A stretch of 64,000 nucleotides of DNA from Entomortierella parvispora E1425. Taxonomy: Eukaryota > Fungi > Mortierellomycota. The notes under the pieces are model-generated. The model worked only from the letters and a program-made list of their open reading frames with translations. It did no database searches and was not told the origin of the DNA. The stretch is from contig BQFW01000005.1 of NCBI GenBank assembly GCA_020891255.1, positions 1,116,001 through 1,180,000 of the forward strand, read 5' to 3'. The position numbers were made by a program, and so were the translations under genes. Of the stretch, positions 21,866-34,523 are shown piece by piece (the stretch's first letter is position 1; each line of letters starts with the position of its first letter).

Positions 21866-22139
21866 GCATTCCGCCATGAAAAAACACGGGCGTGGAAAAA
21901 GGGATGGGAAAGCCCTGCGCGAAAAGACGATGGATATTTCAATTGAGTTTGTTTCTTTGCCAGATCATGGCTACTCCCGCGACACCGCGTCGCTCCTATT
22001 CAGATTTGGGAAAACTTGTGGAATGAACGTTTTTCACCCTTGATCTCAACCCCTGGAGCGGATAAACCATTGCTCAATAAAAAGAAATCCTCTTGATGGA
22101 ACATCTTTCAACCTGGCATATCATATCCCAGCACCCTTC

Positions 22140-22175
<36 letters not shown>

Positions 22176-22223
22176 ACCGTCATTGTCGTTTTTGTTCACT
22201 GAAAGATCCCTAGAGGAACCAAC

Positions 22224-25200
22224 ATGAGGCTCCTCGCACCGCGTCTGACCGCCTATGTGGCCATTGCTGGTATCCTTTGCCTTTCGTCAACCCTCGCTAT
22301 CGATGTTGCGACTGAAAATGATATTGCCATGCCCAATGCGGACGTCAACGCCGCCATCCCCGATGACGATTTTAGCGACTTGAACCATGGAAAAAAACAC
22401 CACAAGCACCACGGCTCAAAGGAAAAGGAGACCAAACTCTGCAGTAAGTTTCCGATGTGAAAAGAGCCTACTCCCCTACATCTCAACGACAACCCCAATC
22501 CTCACCCCGATCCGCCTTTGTTAGCAAACCCCAAAGACTTTACTTTTCTAATGTGCCCTTTTCATCTTGGATGGTTCATCTTTCTTTGTCTAAAGAGAGG
22601 GAATTGAATCTTGTCTGCGACGATAAGGTTATCGACAAACTTATCTGCAAAATCAAAACGGCGCCAGCGGCCATGGCCTATGGCCTTTCTGACGTGGAGG
22701 GATCGCAAACTCCTCTTGAAACCCCCGAAGACGCTACTCTTGAAGCGCTCAACAACGGTGGGGGCAACATTACCAAGGTCTACATCTTTATGGACAAGCC
22801 ATGTTCGAAGGAACTTCCGCCCCTTTGTGCTGCCGCTCTTGAGGCGGCGGCCGAGGAAGCGACCGAGGCAGCGAAGGATGCAGATGAAGCTGATAAGTCC
22901 GAAGAACCGCAGGCCCCTGACGCTCCTGCCGAAGTTGATCCTCAAGGCCTGGCTGACGAAGATGCGGAGGCCGAAGCTGACGTTGATCTGTGGAAGAAGC
23001 ACCATCATAAGCATGGCAAGCATTACCGACACAGACACGGCAACCAGCCCCACAAAGGTCACCATCACCATGGCAAGCATCACAAGGACCACAAACATGA
23101 TCGTCATGGCCACAGCAAGAAGAAGCACCCTTGGGAAGACCTTTGTGTTGCCGTTGGTGCATTTTGTGGTGATAACCTTTACGGATGCGATTTCGATTTC
23201 AAGACACTCTACGCGTGCACGGCCGTTGGCGAAAAGCCCACGATTCTCCTGGCCAATGCAGTGAACTGTGGTGGAACGGACGACGGGGGTAAATGCAACT
23301 GCAAGTCTACGGCCCCTGTTTGCGGCTCTTCTCTTGATCCCTCGTGCAAGGCTGATCCAAATGCCCTCTATCACTGTCCCAATGGTAATGGCACAAAGTA
23401 CGAGATATTCCAGATGTGCAGTCCTGGCACACAATGCACCACAGATAAGGATGGTACCGCCAGTTGTAGTTCCGATACCTGCCACTGCATGGGAACTCAA
23501 CAACGCTGCTCCAGTCATTTCCCTGATAAGTGTGGTCTCCAAAAGAACTCCATCTATCAATGCAGTAGCACTGGACAGCCCGAGTTTGTTTCTTCCTGTG
23601 GCGATGACAAGATTTGTATCACCCATGAGGATGGAGCTATTTGCAGAAGTAAAGACTGCGAGTGTACCGTGGATGGTACCGTGTGCGGCGAAAGATTCCC
23701 CCCAGCGTGCAACATTGTATGTACCGGCCTCTATGACTGCAAGACGGGTCAGGCCCCAGTCTTGATCAAAAACTGCTATCCCAACCATTGCACATCCTCC
23801 GTTGGAAGCACTGAGGCCTCTGCTGTCTTTGAGGCTGCTGATGTCATGGACAGTTGCTCAGATCCTTGCAAATGCACCTCCAAGGGCAAGGTAATGTAAC
23901 TGGATGCGAAGACGTCTTTTTTTTTTTTTATTTTTTTTTGACCATTTGATAAAAGCAACCAACTGACTCAATTTCCTGGTTTCTCTTGATATCGTAACCG
24001 CAGTTCTGCGGCTCTACTTTCCCAATTTCATGTGGTTTCGACACAACAGCTCTCTATAGCTGCGATGGAAGCGGTTCTACGCCAATCAAGGGTGAAGTAT
24101 GCAAAAAAGCATGCCTTGTACATGCTGGGGACAACTCCTGTGCCAGCACATGCCAGTGCCCGATCACCGACAGCGGGAAACCAGTATGCGGTGGAATCCT
24201 CGACCCTTCGTGCAAGTTCGACCCTACAGCCATTTATTTCTGCCCCGGCGGTGCCGGATCCGATCCTCATATCCAAAGGAAATGTCTCCCTGGAACCCAA
24301 TGCAACACTGACAACAGGGGTAATGCCAACTGTGGTTACGGGTCTTGCACCTGCCATGGTGATGTCGTGGCCTGCTCCGGACAATACCCAGCCGACTGCA
24401 ATCTCGCCCCCAACAGTGTCTACAAATGCGGTTTCAACGGCAAGCCTGAGCTTGTCAAGACTTGCGATCCTGCTGAGGATTGTGTGTCTACTGCCGACGG
24501 AGCGTTCTGTGGCCATAAGGACTGCAAGTGTCCCGATGATGGTACTGTCTGTGGTGACATCTTCCCAATCTCGTGTGGAATTGTCGCGCCAGCACTTTAT
24601 ACTTGCAAGAAGGGAGAAGACCCCGTGTTCCAAAAGACTTGTGAGCCTGGAACCTGTTCTTCCACCACTTCAGGCAATTCCTCCAACACGGGAGATACTG
24701 GCAATTCTTCCAACTCAGTCTTTACTTCTGCGGCAATTGACGACCAGTGTATTGATAACTGCAAGTGTGTAACCAAAGGACAGGTATGTTATCCACCACC
24801 TCCATTCAGCTTATTAGTAGATCATTGACCGGGGGCCTGGGTTTTTCTAAACTGCCCTTTGTTTTCAGGTCTGTGGATCTACCTTCTCTCCTAGATGCAA
24901 ACTGGAACCTGAGAGAATATACAAGTGCAGTGGCCCTGGTGCCGAACCCATACCTGATGAGCTATGCAAAGATAAATGCATTGTCCAAGCTGGAGGTTCC
25001 ACTTGCTCAGGCAATCCCGGCAAATGCAAGTGTCCAATCGAATGCAACGGAAAGCCAGCATGCGGCGGAACCCTCGATCCTTCGTGCAAGTTTGATCCTA
25101 CAGCCATTTATTTCTGCCCCGGCGGTGCCGGATCCGATCCCCAGATCCTCAAGAAGTGTCTCCCTGGAACACAATGCAACACTGACAACAGCGGTAATGC

Positions 25201-28200
25201 CAACTGTGGTTACGGGTCTTGCACCTGCCATGGTGATGTCGTGGCCTGCTCCGGACAATATCCAGCCGACTGCAATCTTGCCCCCAACAGTGTCTACAAA
25301 TGCGGTTTCAACGGCAAGCCTGAACTTGTCAAGACGTGCGATCCTGCTGAGGAGTGTGTTTCTACTGCTGATGGAGCTCATTGTACCAATAAGGACTGCA
25401 AATGTCCAGCAGATGGTACTCTCTGTGGTGACATCTTCCCAAATTCGTGCGGAATTGTCGCGCCAGCACTTTATTCTTGCAAGAAGGGAGAAGACCCCGT
25501 GTTCCGAAAGATTTGTGAGCCTGGAACCTGTTCTTCCAACACGGCAGGCAATTCTTCCAACTCCAATCCCTCCAACTCAGTCTTTACTTCTGCAGCAATT
25601 AACGACCAGTGTATTGATGGCTGCAAGTGTGTAGCAAAGGGAGAGGTATGTTACCCACCGCCTTCAGTCAGCTTATCAGTGAATCGCTGATCGGGGGCCT
25701 GGATTTTTCTAAAAACAAACACCCTTTTCTTCTACTGGCCCTTCTTTTTAGGTCTGTGGATCCACCTTCTCTCCCAGCTGCAAACTGGAACCTGAGAAAA
25801 TATACAAGTGCAGTGGCCCTGGCGCCGAACCCACACCTGATGAGCTATGCAAAGGTAAATGCATTGTCCAAGCCGGAGGCGCCATTTGCTCAGGCGATCC
25901 TAGCAACTGCAAGTGCCCGATTACCGACAGCGGAAAGCCAGCATGCGGCAGAACCCTCGATCCTTCATGCAAGTTCGACCCTACAGCAATTTACTACTGC
26001 CCCGGCGGTGCTGGATCCGATCCCCAGATCCTCAAGAAGTGTCTTCCTGGAACCCAATGCAACACTGACAACGACGGAAACGCCGACTGTGGTTACGGGT
26101 CTTGCACCTGCCATGGTGATGTCGTGGCCTGCTCCGGACAATATCCAGCCGACTGCAATCTCGCCCCCAACAGTGTCTACAAATGCGGTTTCAACGGCAA
26201 GCCTGAACTTGTCAAGACTTGCGATCCTGCTGAGGATTGTGTGTCTACTGCCGACAGAGCGTTCTGTGGCAATAAGGACTGCAAGTGTCCCGATGATGGT
26301 ACTGTCTGTGGTGACATCTTCCCAATCTCGTGTGGAATTGTCGCGCCAGCACTTTATACTTGCAAGAAGGGAGAAGACCCCGTGTTCCAAAAGACTTGTG
26401 AGCCTGGAACCTGTTCTTCCACCACTTCAGGCAATTCCTCCAACACGGGAGATACTGGCAATTCTTCCAACTCAGTCTTTACTTCTGCGGCAATTGACGA
26501 CCAGTGTATTGATAACTGCAAGTGTGTAACCAAAGGACAGGTATGTTATCCACCACCTCCATTCAGCTTATTAGTAGATCATTGACCGGGGGCCTGGGTT
26601 TTTCTAAACTGCCCTTTGTTTTCAGGTCTGTGGATCTACCTTCTCTCCTAGATGCAAACTGGAACCTGAGAGAATATACAAGTGCAGTGGCCCTGGTGCC
26701 GAACCCACACCTGATGAGCTATGCAAAGATAAATGCATTGTCCAAGCTGGAGGTGCCACTTGCTCAGGCAATCCCGGCAAATGCAAGTGTCCAATCGAAT
26801 GCAACGGAAAGCCAGCATGCGGCGGAACCCTCGATCCTTCGTGCAAGTTTGATCCTACAGCCATTTATTTCTGCCCCGGCGGTGCCGGATCCGATCCCCA
26901 GATCCTCAAGAAGTGTCTTCCTGGAACCCAATGCAACACTGACAACGACGGAAACGCCGACTGTGGTTACGGGTCTTGCACCTGCCATGGTGATGTCGTG
27001 GCCTGCTCCGGACAATATCCAGCCGACTGCAATCTTGCCCCCAACAGTGTCTACAAATGCGGTTTCAACGGCAAGCCTGAACTTGTCAAGACTTGCGATC
27101 CTGCTGAGGATTGTGTGTCTACTGCCGACGGAGCGTTCTGTGGCAATAAGGACTGCAAGTGTCCCGATGATGGTACTGTCTGTGGTGACATCTTCCCAAT
27201 CTTGTGTGGAATTGTTGGGCCAACACTTTATACTTGCAATAAGGGAGAAGACCCCATCTTCCAAAGGACTTGTGAGCCTGGAACCTGTTCCTACATGGCA
27301 GCCAATTCTTCTGGCGGGGGAGGAGGCGGTTCCTCCAACTCAGTCTCAGTCTTTACTTCCGCAGAAATTGAGGACCAGTGTGTTGATGACTGCAAATGTG
27401 TAACCAAGGGAGAGGTATGTTACCCACCGCCTTCAGTCAGCTTATCAGTGAATCGCTGATCGGGGGCCTGGATTTTTCTAAAAACAAACACCCTTTTCTT
27501 CTACTGGCCCTTCTTTTTAGGTCTGTGGATCCACCTTCTCTCCCAGGTGCAAACATGAACCTGAGAGAATATACAAGTGCAGTGGCCCTGGTGCCGAACC
27601 CACACCTGATGAGCTATGCAAAGATAAATGCATTGTCCAAGCTGGAGGTTCCACTTGCTCAGGCAATCCCGGCAAATGCAAGTGTCCAATCGAATGCAAC
27701 GGAAAGCCAGCATGCGGCGGAACCCTCGATCCTTCGTGCAAGTTTGATCCTACAGCCATTTATTTCTGCCCCGGCGGTGCCGGATCCGATCCCCAGATCC
27801 TCAAGAAGTGTCTTCCTGGAACCCAATGCAACACTGACAACGACGGAAACGCCGACTGTGGTTACGGGTCTTGCACCTGCCATGGTGATGTCGTGGCCTG
27901 CTCCGGACAATATCCAGCCGACTGCAATCTTGCCCCCAACAGTGTCTACAAATGCGGTTTCAACGGCAAGCCTGAACTTGTCAAGACGTGCGATCCTGCT
28001 GAGGAGTGTGTGTCTACTGCCGACGGAGCGTTCTGTGGCCATAAGGACTGCAAGTGTCCAGATGATGGTACTGTCTGTGGTGACATCTTCCCATTTTCGT
28101 GCGGAATTGTTGGGCCAGCACTTTATACTTGCAAGAAGGGAGAAGAACCCATCTTCCAAAAGACTTGTGAGCCTGGAACCTGTTCTTCCAACACGATAGG

Positions 28201-31200
28201 CAATTCTTCCAACACAGGCAATTCTTCCACCTCTTCCCAGTCAGTCTTTACATCTGCAGCACTTGACAACTATTGTACTGATGACTGCAAGTGTGTAACC
28301 AACGGAGAGGTATGGTATCCACCGCCTTGAGTCAGCTTATCAGTAGATCATTGATCGCGGGCATGAGTTTTTCTAAAAAAACACACTCTTCTACTCTCCT
28401 TCTTTTCAGGTCTGTGGATCCACCTTCTCTCCCAGCTGCAAACTGGAACCTGAGAGAATATACAAGTGCAGTGGTCCTGGAACCGAACCTACACCTGATG
28501 ATCTCTGCAAAGGTAAATGCATTGTCCAAGCCGGAGGTGCCATTTGCTCAGGCGATCCTAGCAACTGCAAGTGCCCGATTACCGACAGCGGAAAACCAGC
28601 ATGCGGCAGAACCCTCGATCCTTCATGCAAGTTCAATCCTACAGCCATTTACTTCTGCCCCGGCGGTGCTGGATCCGATCCCCAGATCCTCAAGAAGTGT
28701 CTTCCTGGAACCCAATGCAACACTGACAACGACGGAAACGCCGACTGTGGTTACGGGTCTTGCACCTGCCATGGTGATGTCGTGGCCTGCTCCGGACAAT
28801 ACCCAGCGGACTGCAATCTCGTCCCCAACAGTGTCTACGAATGCGGTTTCAACGGCAAGCCTGAACTTGTCAAGACGTGCGATCCTGCTGAGGATTGTGT
28901 GTCTACTTCCGATGGAGCATTCTGTGGCCATAAGGACTGCAAGTGTCCAGATGATGGTACTGTCTGTGGTGACATCTTCCCATTTTCGTGCGGAATTGTC
29001 GCGCCAGCACTTTATTCTTGCAAGAAGGGAGAAGACCCTGTGTTTGAAAAGACCTGTGAGCCTGGAACCTGTTCTTCCACCACGTCAGGCTCTTCTTCCA
29101 ACGCGGGAGACACTGGCAATTCTTCCAACTCAGTCTTTACTTCTGCAGCACTTAACGACCATTGCATTGATGACTGCAAGTGTGTAACCAAAGGACAGGT
29201 ATGTTATCCACCGTCTTCAGTCAGCTTATTGGTAGATCATTGATCGGGGGCTTGGGTTTTTCTTAAAAAAAACCCCCTATTCTTCTACTGTCCTTTGTCT
29301 TTAGGTCTGTGGATCCACCTTCTCTCCCAGATGCAAACTGGAACCTGAGAGAATATACAAGTGCAGTGGCCCTGGCGCCGAACCCACACCTGATGAGCTA
29401 TGCAAAGGTAAATGCATTGTCCAAGCCGGAGGTGCGACTTGCTCAGGCGACACCAGCAACTGCAAGTGCCCGATTACCGACAGCGGAAAACCAGCATGCG
29501 GTGGGACCCTTGATCCTTTGTGCAAGTTTGATCCTACCGCCATTTACTACTGCCCCGGCGGTGCTGGATCCGATCCCCAGATCCTCAAGAAGTGTCTTCC
29601 TGGAACCCAATGCAACACTGACAACGACGGAAACGCCGACTGTGGTTACGGGTCTTGCACCTGCCATGGTGATGTCGTGGCCTGCTCCGGACAATACCCA
29701 GCCGACTGCTATCTCGTCCCCAACAGTGTCTACGAATGCGGTTTCAACGGCAAGCCTGAACTTGCCAAGACGTGCGATCCTGCTGAGGAGTGTGTTTCTA
29801 CTGCCGACGGAGCGTTCTGTAGCAATAAGGACTGCAAGTGTCCAGATGATGGTACTGTCTGTGGTGACATCTTCCCAATTTCGTGCGGAATTGTCGCGCC
29901 AGCACTTTATACTTGCAAGAAGGGAGAAGACCCCGTGTTTGAAGAGACCTGTGAGCCTGGCACCTGCTCTTTCACCACGGGAGGCACTTCTTCCAACACG
30001 ACAGGCAATTCTTCCAACTCAGTCTTTACATCTGCATCAATTGACGACCAATGTATTGATGACTGCAAGTGTGTAGCAAAAGGAGAGGTATGCTATATAC
30101 TGCGTCTATTCAGCTTATTAGTAGATCATTGATCGGGGGCCTAGGTTTTTCTAAAAAAACGCTCTTCTCTTCTACTGCCCTTCCTTTTTAGGTCTGTGGA
30201 TCCACCTTCTCTCCCAAGTGCAAGTTTGCTCCCGAGACAATCTACCACTGCGACGGTCCTGGATCTGACCCCAAAGCAGGCGAGGCTTGCAAAGGTCCAT
30301 GCATTGTCCAAGCCGGAGGTGCCATTTGCTCAGGCAATCCCAACGATGAATGCAAATGCAAGAAGGTTGGCGACACCTGTGGTTCAGCTTTTGACCCGTG
30401 TTGTGGCGAGGACAAGAACACCCTGTACAGTTGCTCGGCTGTTGATGCTATGCCAGTCTTGAAGCAAGTTTGCAATGGCGTGTGTCTCGTTGAGGGCGGC
30501 GTCGCTGCCTGTCACTGCGTGTGCACGGATGACGGACCAGTGTGTGGATCGGCCTTTGATCCCAGCTGTGGTCTGGCAAACAACACGTTGTATGGCTGCA
30601 ACAATGGAAGCGTGCCTGTTGTTATCAAGAATTGTGACCTTGGTACTTGCTCTGCCAATGTTGCCAGTAATTCTAGTAATAGTAATCCTGGTAATTCTGT
30701 TTCTTTTGGGGACGACGACGGCATTTTCGAGGCCTTTGCGACCTCCGATTTCTGTATTGATCAGTGCTCGTGCACGCAGGCGAACGCCTTGGTAAGTGAT
30801 CGCAAAGTTTTCTCCCTCCAGAGAGAATGCCTCGCTCCTGTAATTTTGAAATTCTTTGGCCAACTTTTGCTCAACTGTTCCTCTGTTCATTCATCTATCC
30901 TTAGGTCTGCTCGGATACATTCCCAGCCGTCTGCCACTACAAGAAAGGAACTCTTATGAGCTGCACCGCCCTCAACGCTATCCCAACCATCGCACAGAAC
31001 TGCACCGACGGCTGCCTTGTGGAGCCTGGAAATGACATGTGCAAACCTAATCTCTGTGTTTGTCAAAAGGCTGGCGATTCCTGCAGTAGCAACTTCCCCG
31101 CCAACTGTCCTTTCGAACCCAACACCCTATACAATTGTTCTAGCGTGGGTGCTCTTCCCGTCAAGAACGTGACCTGCACGAGAACTGAGATCTGCACTGT

Positions 31201-33307
31201 CGTATTTGGTGGTAACGATTTCTGCGGAGAGGACTCGACTTGCACATGTGTTGGTAACGGCACTGTCTGTGGCAGCGCCTTCCCACCCAACTGTAACAAG
31301 ACTGCTACTTCTGTCTACACTTGCCCTGCTGGAACTGAAACCCCTTGCCCGGCAGGATGCGCTGATGGAGTGTGCCCACTACCTGGATGTATGTGTAGCG
31401 GGGAAGGAAATTTCTGTGGCTCTACGTTTTCACCTTTCTGCAACCTTCTGCCCAATGGGGTCTATGAGTGTACCACTGGTGCGCCTCCTGTCTTGCATGG
31501 CAATTGCGGTGAAGGGCCTTGTATTGATTCATATTGCCAAGACGTGTGCTCGTGCAAGGGCACCAACCAAGTACGGACTTTGATGCACGGATGTTAAGAC
31601 GTTTGATTCTGAGATTAACCGAGAACGGATTTTTTTTCTATGACCATTTAGGCCTGTGGTTCCACGTTCCCACCAAACTGCGGTTTGTCGGCTACTTCGT
31701 TGTACACCTGTGTCCAAGTAGGCTCCCCACCCATGCCCCTGCCACCCATGGTCCCAACGAACTGCACCGCTGGCTGTGAGCTCTCTATCCCCGACAACCA
31801 ATGTGTTGATCCTCCCGACCCTCCCTGCAATCAACAAGAGGCCACGAATGCTCTTACCGCTCTCCAGGCGGTTATTACGTCATTGACAAGCACCATGGCC
31901 GCGACCACGGCAGACAATGTATCTGTTGTGGACCTGCCAGTGTTGTTGCAGTTCTTCTCAATCCTCGAATCCAACTTGACCAGTACAGCTCCCGGTATTG
32001 GCGCGCTCACTCAACTTGCTGGCTCGGCGTTGAACTCTGTCAATTCCGTATTTTTGCTTCTGGCTGGTGCACTGAATGAAACTCTGTTCCAGAATGCCAC
32101 CATCTATCTGTTGGCCCCAGTGATCCCGACTCTACAAACCGGGCTGCTGAGCGCGCTGCAAGCGCTCGTCAGTTGCTCAGGAAGCACCACCAAAGATTGT
32201 ACTGCATTGGACCAACTCTTCAACGCCTTTACCGCTGCTGCCCTGACATACGTCTCTCAATTCACCACCCCTGTGGCCGATCAAAGGGCGAGCAATACAA
32301 CTGCAGGAACTGCAACGTTTAGCGCCCAGCTTACCACCGCGGCGGCTGACATCACAGCCTCCATTGCCACTGTCAACCAGACAGCGCTTGATGCCTCTGG
32401 GTTACTCCTCAACCGGATCATTGGTCTTGCCAGTAACACACAGTACGGATCTGCCTCACAGGTGATGATCTTTGCCTACGATGCTGCTGGTTACGCAGCC
32501 GCATGTGCAGGTAAGATCATGAACAAACCAACAAGCAACAACTTCAGAAAAAATAATGATTGTATCCATTCATTTCTTGCATGTCTCTTTATACTTTAAT
32601 TAACCGTCTTGCCTACTTTTTTGGTTTTTCTTTTAGGTCTCAATGTCACGAATTGGCAAGATGCTTGCAATTCATTTGGACAGCGTACCCAGGGATTCCT
32701 TGCCGGGCTCATCGGTGTGATTCAAAACTTCTTGGGTCAGCTTCCAATCGTGGGTCCTTACATTGTCGATCCTGTCCTGACTCAGCTAAGACAATTGCTT
32801 GTGGATGCGCAGACGGGTATCGCTACAGCGATTGGTGGTATTTTGTCGGCCGTCGAGATGATTCTGTCTATCCTCAACATCGTTGGCGGCAATGACAGCA
32901 CAGACCAAATCCGAAATTTCATCTTGGGCATGGTCGGCATCGCAACCCCCCCTTCCCAGTGCCGTCAGCCAAGTGGATGCGAAGGCGTCATCATGGCCGT
33001 CAAGATGCTTATCAACGCTATCTATGCCATTCTGGACGCAATCCCTATCCCTATGGTAGGACCTGCGGTAGTCGCTATTCTCCAGCCTATTACGAATGCG
33101 TTCTTGTCTGGACTGAACTCGGCCACAGGGGCGGTTATCAGTTTAGCCGCAAATACGTTGATCACGGCTATCGGAACCGTCAGCGATATGGTGAAGAATA
33201 TTCCTTTTATTGGTAGTGCTCTTTCGACGGTTACGGACGCGATGGACGTTCTTGTCAACGGTGCCAAGGCCATCCTTAATTGCTACATCAACAACCCCGC
33301 CCTCTAG
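22224..33307 (+). CDS. Giant secreted cysteine-rich repeat protein, 13 exons, about 3268 aa
   Basis: Manually spliced exons: 22224-22443, 22596-23890, 24004-24783, 24869-25645, 25752-26540, 26626-27414, 27521-28309, 28410-29198, 29305-30087, 30192-30791, 30905-31570, 31652-32510, 32637-33307. All introns are GT-AG, phases are consistent, and the total is 9807 nt. Signal peptide MRLLAPRLTAYVAIAGILCLSSTLA, His-rich segment, roughly 40 modules of type CxC...CG..F/Y/L...C.....Y.C....P....C...C, and an amphipathic helical C-terminus. Confidence 0.87.
24004..30191 (+). repeat. Seven tandem exon+intron units of about 860-895 bp
   Basis: Each unit begins ag|GTCTGTGGATC(C/T)ACCTTCTCTCC (unit 1 begins ag|TTCTGCGGC) and ends TGCAA(G/A)TGTGTA...(C/G)AG|gtatg. 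Exons are 777-789 bp, all multiples of 3. Confidence 0.95.
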
Positions 33308-34033
33308 TTTTTTTGTTTCTTTCTTTCTGAAAGTTACGGCATTGTACAATCAACATCGGGAACGACGACGGGCTTGTAAATAGTAGAGCCAAAAGGCAGC
33401 ACTGAGTAGTATTGTGCCCTTGAAGGGGAAGGGAGTTTTTTTTTGGCAAAAAAATCTTCAGGAACCACTATACCCATTGGCACGAACAAAGTTGTACAAA
33501 GTGAATAAAAAAAGGTCTTTTTGATCCCATTGGCAAGGTCAACACGGTTCTTCATGACAACGTCGTCAGTGGCGTCATGTGGCCCTTCTGTTTGATTCAA
33601 TGCGAGGAAATGGCAGCAACACCTTGTCAAAGGTGGCCCCGCTTCTTTAGCCCCAGCAGATACACTTCGGGCTCTGCCAGGCGGGAAGTGGCCACGACAA
33701 TGGTGGTCTTCGGAATGATTCTTCATGACAATGCCTTCGGAGGCGTCATGTGGCCATCTGTTAGATTCATGCCTACAGTTCGGAGACTCAGACAGCAATC
33801 TCCCCATCCATGGTTCTAATTCCTTTTATGGTGCATGGACAGCAATAGGATCAATTCAAACCGTACGAGGCAACTATATTTCTTCATCATCGTTCATCCG
33901 AGCTTGCCGTATCAGCGCCATCGGGCACGTAACTTGGGTACGAAATAAGGTACCAGGCAAGGAACACGTGTACTTTGCCCTCTTTCGTATGCTTTATACA
34001 TGGGGAGGCTTCTTGCTCTTCGCCCAGTCCATG

Positions 34034-34523
34034 AATCGAATAAAAAAATTACAACAGCCACCTACTGATACATGAAAAGGTAACGATTGTGCGTTGAAGA
34101 TGAGGATGAGAGCCGATTGGTGCATCGAGTGTTATTCATTTGAAAGTGCGAAGATGACAAAGGATGTAGAGCGAGGATGGGACAATAGAGAAGAACGAAC
34201 GGGCGCGAGGAGAGTGAAGCCACGTTGGCCGTGTGATTGTGAGTGAGTGAGCCTCTTCACGATTCCAAATCAGACAGGCTCGGATGATCCAATTCCACCT
34301 CGAGCAAATGGCACTTGCCGTTGATGCAAAGACAAGGAGTATGCTATTGTGTGATGTGGCGAGGGAATTGGGAAATATGTATGAATGATGCTGGGCGAAA
34401 CGACGGAGCAAAGTCATAGAAGCGGCAAAAAGATGTGAGTGAGGTGAAGCAGGCGTGATGGATGGATGGATTGGAGAGAGAGGAAGGCGTGATGGCGAAA
34501 TTGATTAATGGATGGGATCACCC
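34034..34523. repeat. Dispersed repeat of about 470 bp, copy 2
   Basis: Matches 9775-10242. Confidence 0.9.

Larger units (their letters stand above)
20911..33545 (+). repeat. Segmental duplication, unit A
   Basis: Near-identical to 34719-41990 over the first 3 kb and collinear through the 3' flank, ending at ttggcaaggtcaacac. The length difference comes from the six extra repeat exons in A. Confidence 0.93.

Noticed and set aside
22562-23788. Long antisense ORFs over the Cys-rich genes (also 36465-37601 and similar)
   Set aside because: Shadows of the codon-biased sense exons.
24032-30076. 250-300 aa Ser/Thr/Pro-rich plus-strand ORFs repeated through the array
   Set aside because: Off-frame readings of the Cys-rich exons. 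The Cys frame fits every splice junction, and these ORFs run across introns.
24004-30191. Array of separate small genes or a CRISPR/satellite
   Set aside because: The GT-AG introns join all units in one frame with no start or stop of their own.
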